A DNA stretch of 63,273 bases, filler included, from Octopus bimaculoides (GCF_001194135.2; 6 parts of 6 records of this genome joined end to end with filler, not necessarily neighbours in it), one strand, 5' to 3'; shown: positions 11,801-22,943, numbered from the whole stretch's first letter. The notes: generated by a model not told the origin, from the sequence alone. A program made the numbers and translations.

Positions 11801-13114
11801 NNNNNNNNNNNNNNNNNNNNNNNNNNNNNNNNNNNNNNNNNNNNNNNNNNNNNNNNNNNNNNNNNNNNNNNNNNNNNNNNNNNNNNNNNNNNNNNNNNNN
11901 NNNNNNNNNNNNNNNNNNNNNNNNNNNNNNNNNNNNNNNNNNNNNNNNNNNNNNNNNNNNNNNNNNNNNNNNNNNNNNNNNNNNNNNNNNNNNNNNNNNN
12001 NNNNNNNNNNNNNNNNNNNNNNNNNNNNNNNNNNNNNNNNNNNNNNNNNNNNNNNNNNNNNNNNNNNNNNNNNNNNNNNNNNNNNNNNNNNNNNNNNNNN
12101 NNNNNNNNNNNNNNNNNNNNNNNNNNNNNNNNNNNNNNNNNNNNNNNNNNNNNNNNNNNNNNNNNNNNNNNNNNNNNNNNNNNNNNNNNNNNNNNNNNNN
12201 NNNNNNNTGCAACGGACACTGCGACCTCTACTGCTGCAACGGACACTGCGACCTCTACTGCTGCAACGGACACTGCGACCTCTACTGCTGCAACGGACAC
12301 TGCGACCTCTACTGCTGCAACGGACACTGCGACATATACTGCTGCAACGGACACTGCGACCTCTCCGGCAACGGACCCGGCAGCGGACACTGCGACCTCT
12401 CCTGCAACGGATCCTGCTACTACTGGCTTCTCTGCAACGAGTACGACGGTGTGTATTGGAGAGAATGGTATCAACGGAGATGACAATCGCGATGGTTCCC
12501 TTATTACAGCTGACCTAACTGCATCAGCAGAGCCCTCTGCTCCTACTGTTGATTTCGTAGCTAACGTAAAAGAAAGCTTAGAAAGGCTGGTAACTACTGC
12601 TAATCATTTTGGTAATGGTGTGAATGATATGGATTCTGAAATTGATGAAAGCTTCCATTCACCAAGAAATATTGCCGGTGTAATAGAAGCAGTGACAGCG
12701 CCTCCGGCTTTGTCTCCGATTGTATCGCCAATAGCGCCGTCGCGCGTCTCGCTGGCCTTGTCACCAATTGTTCCGGGACGTGTGTCACCGGCTGCATCAC
12801 CAGTTGTTCCGGGACGTGTCTCACCTGCTGCATCACCAATTGTGCCGGCACCTGTATCCACCAACAATAATACTCAATACTCTGCTTGCGAGTCTTCCTT
12901 ATCAAACGCCAACCTGTTTGAGGAAAGTGGGCTAGAGTCGGAACCGTCCTGTCTGAACAATGATCTGCCAGAAAAAGTGCCTCGTAGGCGTTCTCAAAGC
13001 TCCAATTCCAACCAATCATTAGAATCAGAGGAAGAAGTTTTTTGTTCGAATCAGAGTAGCGATGGCGAAGATCAGGAGTACCATTCAGCAGACAGCTTTT
13101 GCACAAAGCTGTAA
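8898..13114 (+). CDS. CNBP-like CCHC zinc-knuckle protein with a very long acidic Ser/Thr-rich low-complexity C-terminus (about 1,400 aa if the gap size is right); one coding exon spanning the N gap
   Basis: Open frame 8898-11213. After the gap the same TATxTAATD repeat resumes in the frame of ORF 12449-13114 (codon GCA at 12209) and runs to TAA 13112-13114. Five CX2CX4HX4C knuckles at 9165-9449 plus a variant CX2CX3HX4C at 8922-8960. Basic EKKKRLQGR precedes the array. Confidence 0.8.
9165..9449 (+). other. Array of five CCHC zinc knuckles
   Basis: CFKCHRMGHYARDC, CYQCHKSGHLAKHC, CYICNQLGHVARQC, CYNCGQQGHVQRYC, CYRCGETGHVARKC with 4-8 aa linkers. Confidence 0.95.
9792..9920 (+). repeat. Coding 15-bp tandem repeat (TTTTS)n
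   Basis: ACTACCACCACAAGT repeated about 8 times, in frame. Confidence 0.95.
11047..12413 (+). repeat. Coding 27-bp minisatellite (TATPTAATD / TATSTAATD)n, centre in an assembly gap
   Basis: Unit ACGGACACTGCGAC(T/C)(C/T)CTAC(A/T)GCTGCA on both sides of the 994-N gap at 11214-12207. Confidence 0.95.
12760..12856 (+). repeat. Coding 36-bp repeat (SPIVPGRVSPAA) x2.7
   Basis: SPIVPGRVSPAA-SPVVPGRVSPAA-SPIVPAPV; the nucleotide repeats are visible. Confidence 0.85.
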
Positions 13115-14024
13115 CTGTTCTGTCTCTCTCCCTCCCCAACCCCGCCTTTCACACTTTTATATTTAATTTTGATATTTTGCTGACTATTTGTAACGTTAAT
13201 TTAGCCATAAATCCATGTATTTCTCTTAATCCCCGTGAAATTAAATGTTTTCTCGATCACGGATTCCTCAATATTCCCCTTAAATAAAACCAGTCATTGG
13301 AAACTAAAGAATTCGCCCTCGGAAACTTCCATCTTGAAACCCAACTATAAGTACAGTTATTGCCACCGATCCAGAATATATTTTCGTCATAACCGCAACC
13401 AAGATTTTTTTTTTTCTTTTCGCCTTCTTCCCACTCCACAAGAAAGACGGAGAGTAATAACCAACGACGGTTATCACCCTGCCTCCACCATCAAAACAAG
13501 GACTATATTTAAACGCCACGACCACTTCCATCAAATCATGTTTGTACTAACAGAATTTTTGTGGTATTACATGATTGTTTGTATTCGGCCGTAGCCTACC
13601 CAAGATAACCAAAGAGTAAATACTTTTCCAGCCTATCACAATCGGTTCATCTAACCAATGTGCAATGTTCACACCAAACCCGGTAAATTGCATGCAAATT
13701 TCTTCATTGTTCATCAGTTAATTTGTTGTATAGAAGAAAATACATAATCTACACTGTTGCCAATGGCTTACATAAACACTAAATATCACCGCCACCATTT
13801 TGACTCTTGTTCTGTGAATTTTATTGTAGCGCGGCTGATAAACTGACATTCTTTTCACATTCATCTTACAAAGATTTATAAAATAAGTACCAGTAAAATA
13901 CTGGTGTTGACAACTAATTTCCCTCATTTTGTGGGTTTGCTTATTTTACTCTGGAATTTTTGTGTACATTGTTAAATCTTCTGTTTTGATATTCTTTTAA
14001 AACTTGATAAGTAAATTTATTGGA

Positions 14025-14030
14025 AATAAA
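14025..14030 (+). terminator. Candidate polyadenylation signal for the zinc-knuckle gene (alternative AATAAA at 13283-13288)
   Basis: AATAAA followed by a T-rich tract, about 900 nt after the stop. Confidence 0.3.
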
Positions 14031-14086
14031 GGCAAATATAAAATGACGATTGTGAAGTTGCTGGTCTTTATTTTATTTTTTTTTTT

Positions 14087-14228
14087 TTTCAATCCTGGAG
14101 TACCGCATTTAAAACAAATTGGTCCCAGGACTTATTCTTTGTGGGCCTAGTACTTAGTGGTTCGGCTAAGACCGATAGAATAAGTTATAGGGACTTAAAC
14201 ACATCGGTTGTCCAGCAATGATGGAACG

Positions 14229-14262
<34 letters not shown>

Positions 14263-14405
14263 CTTTCTGTTTCCGTCTACCAAATCCACTCACAAGGTTT
14301 GGTCGGCCTGAGGCTATAGTAGACGTTTGCCCAAGGTGTCATGCTGTGAGACTGAAACCGGAGCCATGTAGTTTGGAAGCGAGCTTCTTACCAAACAGCC
14401 ATTTC
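14087..14405 (-). mobile_element. SINE family A with internal (CA)n
   Basis: Family A motifs on the minus strand. Confidence 0.75.
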
Positions 14406-14623
14406 CACACCTTAGAAACAGTTCTAGTTATGTTTGAAGTTTAAACCTGAAATTATTGCAGAAGATAATTGGCACCGGGATCCTGAATTGGTTAACTGAA
14501 ATTTGTAGTTTGGTCTCAGGTAAGCGCTGATCCAACTTACGACCAAAAGTATTCCACCCATGCTCTCATTTAATTTATTTTTCTATATCTGGTCTGCAAT
14601 TTCTGTCCTGTTAGTTTGAAGTA

Positions 14624-14829
14624 CAGGGTGTCCACGAAGTCTGGGTATATGGAGTAAATAAAATCATAACATAAACAATTAAATATAAGACTTTTTCTGT
14701 GTGTGTTGAAAGAGAAAGTTTACTAAAAAACGATTACAGATTTATTTATTAACATTATAATTAGATAAAATTGTTTTGTTTTAAAAGTACGTGATAATCC
14801 CCGTATACCCAGACTTTGTGGACACCCTG
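14624..14829. mobile_element. Complete Tc1/mariner-type MITE, 206 bp
   Basis: 26-bp TIRs CAGGGTGTCCAC(G/A)AAGTCTGGGTATA with one mismatch, flanked by TA on both sides (14622-23, 14830-31). Confidence 0.95.
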
Positions 14830-15049
14830 TATATTTGACTGTTGTTTCTGGCAAACCGTGCGACTATGTAGAAGTTCTTGTTTCTACAAGAATTAGATCG
14901 TTGCTATTCATAATTGTAAGGTTTCGAATTTTGTATGTCGCCAATAGTTTACAAAACTGGTAATAATGAAAATTTTCTAACAATTTTCCGCTCTATTGAC
15001 TGTTAGGGTTTGTGGTGGGGAAACAATTTCTCCCCCACCACACCCACAA

Positions 15050-15198
15050 CCTGTTTCCTTTCAGTCTGCCAAATCCGCTCGCAAGGCTTTGGTAGGCACA
15101 GGCCTGTAGTAGATGCTACTTTCTAAAGGTGTCATATAGCGGGACTGAACCCAAGTCCACTTGTTGGAAAGCAAACTTCTTAATCTCACAGCCACACC
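15050..15198 (-). mobile_element. SINE family A 5' half
   Basis: Diverged head and centre motifs. Confidence 0.65.
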
Positions 15199-16508
15199 AA
15201 TTCCTTCAAAAAAAAAAAAAAAAATTGACTTTTTTTAAAAACTAAAATTGACTTTTGTCTATTTGACTTGGTTTTCATTCACCACCTCAGCATTTTTTTT
15301 TTTAACACACAATAACTTTTATTCTGTGTAATTGTCTCCGGCCAATTTGCTACAATTGTATTTCTTCCCGGTTTCGTGTTTTACTCTCTTGCACAAATAT
15401 CCTTGGTAAAGGCATCCATGTATCGGCAATAGTATTTCATCATTCCAACGCTAAATAGTCTTCACTTCAGGATACATTCGTGTCAATCCAATAATTTATT
15501 TATTCCGCTGTTCTCATATTCTCATAAAAAAATCGGTGTTACACCACAAATAAACCTTTCATACGAGAGATGGTGGTGGGGAAGTAGGCAAGTACCAGAA
15601 ATAGTTGAACATAACACAATGATTTCATTTCTTTATGTTCCAAGTTCAAATCCCACCGTCTCTCTCGGGTTTACTAGAATAAGTTCTGCATGAAGCTTTG
15701 CTTCAATTAAGTTTTCTTACAAATGTGTTTCAATGTTTTTAAATAAAGAAACTTGGCCGTTAGAAAAATTAACGAAATCTGAAACAGCTTATGTTATAAA
15801 CATATTTTGCTTTCGATACAATGGGTGAATAGAAGTTGAGATGGCCATGGCTGGAAGTTAATGTTTGTTGCTAGGTCTTCTTGATAAGAACCAACCTAAC
15901 ACTAATAGCTGAGACCCCTACAACGACGATATAATGCCAAGTGTGGTTGCTGAGGCGTTTGCCCCGCGGCTACGAGAGCCAAGATTTGATCTTGCGAAGT
16001 CCCTTGTGCAAATGTCTTCCGTTTCATCAGCTTCATTAAAGCCTCGTCGTTGATATTTAAGATAAAAATAAGTCTGTTGCCCTCTTTCGAGTATTCTGTA
16101 AAACCTTGAAAAATACAGGATTTCCCAGAATTAAACTAGTTCAATGAAATCAAGCAAAAATAAGAAATTTTGTTTATTACTTATGACAACAAAACAACTA
16201 GATCTATAAATCTTAGGTCAAAAGTTTATTGAAAAAGTTCGATATGTACTTCGTCTGTATTCCTACAAGTTTCGAATCTATCCTCCTGCACTGCTGAATG
16301 CCCTCTTTAAGTTCAGCTAAACCTAACGGAATGCGTTCTGTAAGTTCAGCTAAGCTATAAATCCATTCTAGGGATAGAAATAGAGAAAAATGATTCTAAC
16401 CAAATTAAAAAAGAAAAACTCTGTGTACAGATAAGCAGGATTCCACTGTAATTAAAATAAAGTTATTAAAAAAAATTATAGACAATAATTAAAAATTCAT
16501 ACACACAG

Positions 16509-16864
16509 GCGCTGAAGTGGCTTTGTAGTAAGTAGCTTGCTTACCAACCACATGGTTCCGGGATCAGTCCCACTGCATGGCACCTTGGGCAAATGACTTC
16601 TATAACCTCGGGTCGACCAAAGTCTTGTGAGTGGATTTGGTAGACGGAAACTGAAAGAAGCCTGTCATGTGTGTGTGTGCTTGTCCACCACCGCCTGACA
16701 ATCAGCGTTGGTGTGTTTACGTTCTCGCAACTTAGCGGTTCGGCCAGGGACCGATAGTATAAGTATCAGGCTTTAAAAAAATAGTACTGGGGTCGAATTA
16801 TTCGACTAAAATTCTTCAAGGCGATGCCTTAACATGACCGCAGTCTAATAAACTGAAACAAGAT
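16509..16864 (+). mobile_element. SINE family A, full length, short internal (TG)n
   Basis: Head ...GGTTCCGGGATCAGTCCCACTGC, CACCTTGGGCAA, GTAGACGGAAACTGAAAGAAGCC, tail ...CATGACCGCAGTC...CTGAAACAAG. Confidence 0.9.
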
Positions 16865-17637
16865 ATATCTCACAATGGAATGATGGTGTAGGGGTGACAA
16901 GAGAAAAGGAGCCGGGTATGAACTAGCTAAAAAGGAGCAATTAATTTTGTCAAATCTTATTTTCTGATAATACTGAAAACTAAAACACTCATCGGTTTTA
17001 CAGTACTCCTCCCGCTTACTACATTAGTGAGGTGTGCCTGTTTTCAGTTAGGTAATCTGAGCTGTGGTAATATACAGGCTATCTCAACATCACTAACCAA
17101 TAATGGTCCATTTCATGTGTTTAACACCAGCCCGATACTGGAATTGTCTACAATACGAAAGAATTTTCAACACAGCACTGCAACTTGATATCTTTGTCAT
17201 CCATTGTTACTGACATGCAATCAAAGGCTGGTTCCTTAAATTCAATTTTGTCATTCCTAGTAAATATACTTTGCCAAATATTAAATAATATTCGACTATC
17301 TTTAAAGGGAAGTTACTGAAAAATATTGTCCGAGATACAGTGTTTGAATAGAAGTTGAGGTGGTCATGGCTGGAGGAATATACTCAAAACTCTGCTGGAT
17401 CAGGGAAGGATTTAACTATGAGATGGTTCGATGAGATGGTAGCATACGGCTCGCAATAACTGGTACTTAATGTATTTTCTGGCTCTCAAGAAGGAAGCCA
17501 GTTTCTGAGATGTAGTCTTTGCTATGTTAAAGGCGTGTGTTCACCAGGAGAGATCCTGGGTGCTAATGAAGATCAGTATTTGCAGAGGCCTTGAGGTAGT
17601 TTCTCAATGAATATTTGTTGATATTAAGGAGGAGGGG

Positions 17638-17830
17638 AGACGACGAGCTACTAGAATCGTTGCCGCGTCGGGCAAAATGCTTAACGGTATTTCGTCCGTC
17701 TTTACGTTCCGAGCTCAAATTCCGCCGAAGTCGATCGACCTTGCCTTCCATTCTTTCGCGTTCGATAAAATAAGAGTCAGTTGAGCCCTGTGATTGATAC
17801 AATCGACATACCCGCTCTCCCTAAAAAAAT
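17638..17830 (+). mobile_element. SINE family M, diverged
   Basis: GACGAGCT..AGAATCGTT..CGGGCAAAATGCTTAACGGTATTTCG..CAAATTCCGCCGAAGTCG..CCTTCCATTCTTTCG. Confidence 0.8.
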
Positions 17831-18186
17831 TTGAAATCGATATTTTCGAGGAGTCGTGGTACTATAATACTCTTTTCTAAACTTGTTTGGCGATTGCATC
17901 GTTTTTGCTGTTGAAATTCACAAGATGGCAATAACGTCATTAGGGGAATGTTTTCGAAGCCTCTCTTCATGGAGTCAGTGGAGGTCTGGTGCGAAGGGTT
18001 TGTAGATGGTGGTGGGGTGTAGAAGTGTAAAGGAAATAAAGAGTGGTGTCATGTTTGTAGGAGGTGGGGGTGGGACTTGTGGCAGTGATGGTTAGCAGGT
18101 CGTTGATGTAATGGAGGGTAAGTGTGGAAGTTTAAATTGAACCCTTCTCTCTCTTGTGTGTGTGTGTGTGTGTGTGTGTATACACG

Positions 18187-18220
<34 letters not shown>

Positions 18221-18540
18221 CATATGTCGGTAATGTTATATGTTAGCTAAGGGAGGAAGGTCACTGCCCAGGTTTCTAGGCACTCCCAGGAATGGATGGA
18301 TGCTTGTGCGTGTGTATACGTATCTAAGTACACACATACACATAATTACATGTGTGTATGTGTGTGTGTAGATACATGCGTACACATGTTCACACATATA
18401 TGCATATCAATCTCTACAACTATCTATCTATCTATTTCATATATACACACACGCATGTATAGGTAAATATGTGTGTGTATGTGTGTGCTTATATACATAC
18501 ACATGGGATGATAAGTGTAGGTGTGTATATGTATGTATAT

Positions 18541-18604
<64 letters not shown>

Positions 18605-18659
18605 ATGTATATGTATGCATATACATATGTACTGATAGATATATAAGTATGTATGTATA

Positions 18660-18705
<46 letters not shown>

Positions 18706-19384
18706 GTGTGTGCCTTCATGTAATGCTCGCACGCAGATACACATACATACATACAAACAGGTAGACAGCTAGATAAATAGACAGAAGACAGACAAACAGA
18801 TAGATAAATAAATAGTTAAGTTAGACAAAGAGACAAGAGCTGGATCACGTATTTGCTTTGCAAATATATCTCTCTCTGACATTCTTGCACATCCTGTGTC
18901 TGTTTTATTCTAAATAACGAACAGCAAGAGAGCAAACTTGGCGTCCAAATTAAATTTCCATTTAGTAAGTTCCGCCCTTTCCTCTTGCTTTCAGATCTTT
19001 CAGTAGATTTCCAGTTTCGAGGAACAATTTTACATTAGTACACTCAGGACCTCGGTAAACCTCCGCTAAAGTGGTTAGTTGCGTGGTATTATTGTCGGGT
19101 GGTGATGGGCGTTGGGGTAGCGGCGTATGGTGGTTTCATTAGACATGAAATCTACCTTTAATGTTGATATTTGATACGACAGGGATGTTTGAAACAATTA
19201 GCTTTGTGTGTAATTCTATATTACATTGTTTCCCCTCTATATTTTTTCTCTAATGCTTCGTAATCGTGAACTAATGAGCTTAGCATGAATATGCATGCAT
19301 GCATGCTCTGTGTTCTGTGTGTAATATATGCATACATATATTATGTTTTGCATACATATCAGCTGCACTTATATATGGTATAAT

Positions 19385-19647
19385 TGCTTGCGTATTGTTC
19401 CTGGTTCAGTCTGACTGCGTAGCACCTTGGGCAAATGTCTTCTACTACAACCTCGGTCCGCCGAAAGCCTTGTGAGTGGATTTAGTAGATGGAAACTGAA
19501 AGAAGCCCTTCAAATATATATATATACTTTTTTTAAATGCAGCAGAAATATAACAAAAGCTGTTATTCAGAGTTTCCCGTTTCCGTTGTCTGACGAAAGG
19601 GAACGTGAAACTCTGAGTTCGTTTTGTGCATTTGCTAAATGTTTTTC

Positions 19648-19690
<43 letters not shown>

Positions 19691-19880
19691 GGGTCCCCCC
19701 CCAACCGCTTGACAATCTTTGCTGATTTGTCTACGTCCCCCGTAACTTAGCGGTTCGGCAAATAAGTCCAATAGAATAAGTATCAAGCATTAAACAAAAA
19801 AATACTGGGGTCGTTTTATTTGACTAAAAACTCTTCAAGGCGGTGCCCCAGTATGGCCGCAGTCAAAAGACCGAAACAAG
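19385..19880 (+). mobile_element. SINE family A interrupted by an insertion (about 19530-19650) in its internal microsatellite
   Basis: Head half 19385-19510, (TA)n, foreign insert, (GT)n, tail half to 19880. Confidence 0.8.
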
Positions 19881-19912
<32 letters not shown>

Positions 19913-20770
19913 GCCAGATTCTTCAAGCTTCCGTCGACCAAAAAACCATTTACAATGCTTTGGTCGACCCAGGTCTCTATAGCTGAAGGCAGCCCAAGGG
20001 TGCCACGAAGAGGGGCTGAACTTCTTACCACGCGACCAGACATAAAATATTTTTATTTGGTGTTTAGATATTTTATTTTTGCGAAAAATCTTGATCCCTC
20101 TCAATATGCAAAGTCCCCGCGTTATAACGCGCCATGAGCCGCGCACAACAATCACAAAGGGGCAATAAAAACCCCCACTTTTTAAGAACTAGTGTGGGGG
20201 GAAATGGCACTGGGCGACATGTATATAAAAAGCACGTTTTTTTATAAATTAATGTGTAGGACGACAGAAGCGGTTGAGGCCAACACGTAAAAAATGTGAG
20301 GGAGAGGAGGAAGTGAGTATAAAAAGCAAGGGTGAGGAGGAAGAACGAGAGAGGGGGAGTGAGATAGTGTGCTGGTGATATTGATGATGATGATAACGAT
20401 GATGATGATGGGAAAATTCCATCACCAAAAAATACGGAGAGAGTTTTAGTTACTTGCAGACGTACAAAAAAGTGAACTGTTGTCGCTGCAGTAGATCTCA
20501 GACGTTTGTATGATTAAGCGACATCAGATCTGTGTTAACTCTTTCTCTACCGATATGGCATTGTGTGGTGGGCCCACACACCTTCTTTCTCTTTCATTCA
20601 TTCATTCTTTCGTTATCTCTTTCTTTCATATAGTCTTTCTTTCTTTTTTTCTTTCTTCACTGGAGACACACGCACGCACACACACATACTCACACACTGA
20701 TACACGCACTCACAGGCGAGCGCGAAGACACATACACATTTGTAATGTGTGCGCATGCGTTTATGAGTGT

Positions 20771-20999
20771 ATCTTGTTTTTCAGTCATTTGACTGGCGAT
20801 GCTGGGGCACCGCCTTGAAGGGTTTTTGGTCGGAAAATTTGACCCCACAACTTTTTATTCTAAAGCCGAACCGCTAGGTTACGGGGATGTAAACACACCA
20901 ACACCGGTTCTCAAGCGGTGAGGCGGGACAAGCAGACACAAAGACACACACACACACACAAATATACACGACGAGCTTCCGTCTACCAAATTCACTCAC
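20771..20999 (-). mobile_element. SINE family A 3' half, runs into gap; a separate head fragment lies at 21325-21466
   Basis: Family A tail motif ATGCTGGGGCACCGCC and centre. Confidence 0.75.
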
Positions 21000-21043
21000 N
21001 NNNNNNNNNNNNNNNNNNNNNNNNNNNNNNNNNNNNNNNNNNN

Positions 21044-21055
21044 TTAATTAATTAA
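21044..21055. other. Assembly linker TTAATTAATTAA (also 38929-38940, 52705-52716, 60055-60066, 62208-62219)
   Basis: Identical 12-mer centred in N runs five times; stop codons in all six frames. Confidence 0.95.
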
Positions 21056-21099
21056 NNNNNNNNNNNNNNNNNNNNNNNNNNNNNNNNNNNNNNNNNNNN

Positions 21100-21315
21100 G
21101 ATAGATGCTCTCGCTAGCCACTACACATTCTTTATTTTTCTCCTTGTTTCTTTCTGTGTTCCTTTCTGTGGAAGGGCGTAGGCTCGAAACGTTAAAGATT
21201 TTTACACTTCCCGAGCGTTATACTAATACATCTGTTTGTTGTCTACACCACCTGTCTTCGTCTTTTTTTTGTTTTTTGTTTTTTTTTTTAAATTCTCCCC
21301 CTATACATATATATA
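21100..21315 (+). mobile_element. Short PLE-like terminal repeat with a variant hammerhead core
   Basis: 21162-21197: CTTT CTGTGGA A GGGC gtag GCTC GAAA CGTT AAAG. Confidence 0.5.
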
Positions 21316-21780
21316 AAAATAGATAGACCGGCTTCTTCCAGTTTCCGTCTACCAAATCCAGTAGCCCAAGGCAAAAGTAAAAAACACTTGCTGAAGGTGT
21401 TACGTAATGGGACAGAACCTGGAACCATGTGACTGAGAAGCAAGCTTCTTACTGAACAGCTACGCTTGCTAATATTTCCAACATTGAGAAGTCATTATAA
21501 CTACAAGTTTGAGACAGAAAAGAGAAACATGTTCTCTGACGGAAATCATTCCATTGGTAGACGTGACGTTTGATATTCGCTCTTTGCATTGAGAATATTA
21601 ATAATTCTATCATTTATCATTGTCGATGATATCACAAGTTATCATATTTCACATATGAGCATTTTGAATTCATTTCTATTTGGTATCAGACTGAAATAAA
21701 TATTAGAATTGATACGATAGATTTAAATCTTGCCAAGTGACCTCTCCCCACCCACAAGAACGACAAAAGTGCAACGACTG

Positions 21781-22178
21781 AAGCTATGGCATGTGTGATA
21801 GGAAGCTTGCTTCCTAACCACATGATTCTGGGTTCAGTTCTACTGCGCGGCACCTTGGGCAACTGTGTTCTACTATAGCCACGGGCCGACCAAAGCCTTA
21901 TGAGTGGAACTGGTAGACGGAAACTGAAAGAAGCCTGTTGTGTATATGTATATGTGTGTATCTATATGTCTATGTTTGTCCCACCACCACCATCACCTGA
22001 CAACCAATGCTGGTGTGTTTGTGTCACTGTAACATAGCGGTTCGACAAAAGAGGCCGATAGAAAAAGTACTAAGCTTAAAAAGAACAAGTCCTGGGTTTG
22101 ATTTCTTCGACTAAAAACCCTTTAAGGCGGTGCTCCAGTATGGCCGTAGCCAAATGACTGAAACAAGTAAAAGAATAA
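21781..22178 (+). mobile_element. SINE family A, full length
   Basis: All family A modules in order. Confidence 0.9.
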
Positions 22179-22512
22179 ACGAATAGATTGATAGACAGAC
22201 AGACAGACAGATAGATAGATAGACATACGAATATGCATACACACACACACACGCACTGCATATTTTAGCTCCGTTACCATAGCAACAGTCCTGATTGTTT
22301 TTTTTATCACCTTTTAATCACCACCACCCACCACCACCACCACCAAAACCCCCATTATCCCTACCTCCAACATCACCATCAGCACGTCCCCGCCAACAAA
22401 TACCCCACCACAAAAGTCACCCCCACCGCTCCCACCACCAACACCACCAACTCCATTAACGGTTCCCCAGATTAGATCAAATACAACACATTTCTAGGGA
22501 GCGTGCTAACGA

Positions 22513-22943
22513 TTCTTTTCTACTGAAGGCACAAGGCCCGATATTTTGGGGCAGACGGCCTGTCGATTAGGTCGATCCAAGTACGTAGCTGGTATTTAAT
22601 TTATCGACCCCGAAAGGATGAAAGGCAAAGTTGACGTCGGCGGAATTTGAGCTCAGAACGTAAAGACATACGAAATACCGCTAAGCATTTCGCCCGGCGT
22701 GCTAACGTTTCTTATTTCTTTATTGCCCACAAGGGGCTAAACATAGAGGGGACAAACAAGGACAGACAAAAGGATTAAGTCAATTACATCGACCCTAGTG
22801 CGTAACTGGTACTTATTTAATCGACCCCGAAAGGATGAAAGGCAAAGTCGACCTCGGCGGAATTTGAACTCAGAACGTAACGGCAGACGAAATACCTCTA
22901 AGCATTTCGCCCGGCGTGCTAACGTTTCTGCAAACTCGCCGCC
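22513..22943 (-). mobile_element. Two head-to-tail SINE family M copies with different tails, plus a third head remnant at 22501-22516
   Basis: Core TATCGACCCCGAAAGGATGAAAGGCAAAG twice; GCGTGCTAACG(A/T)TTCT at 22501, 22697 and 22914. Confidence 0.9.

Noticed and set aside
11047-12413. Resemblance to fish antifreeze glycoprotein (ACA GCT GCA, Thr-Ala-Ala) or to a CRISPR array
   Set aside because: TAA is only one third of a 9-aa unit and there is no signal peptide. The repeats are contiguous with no unique spacers and no cas genes.
12208-12518. Cys-rich (CNGHCDLYC)n and (QRTLRPLLL)n C-termini in the ORF track
   Set aside because: Wrong-frame readings caused by the estimated gap length. The TATSTAATD frame continues the pre-gap repeat and joins ORF 12449-13114.
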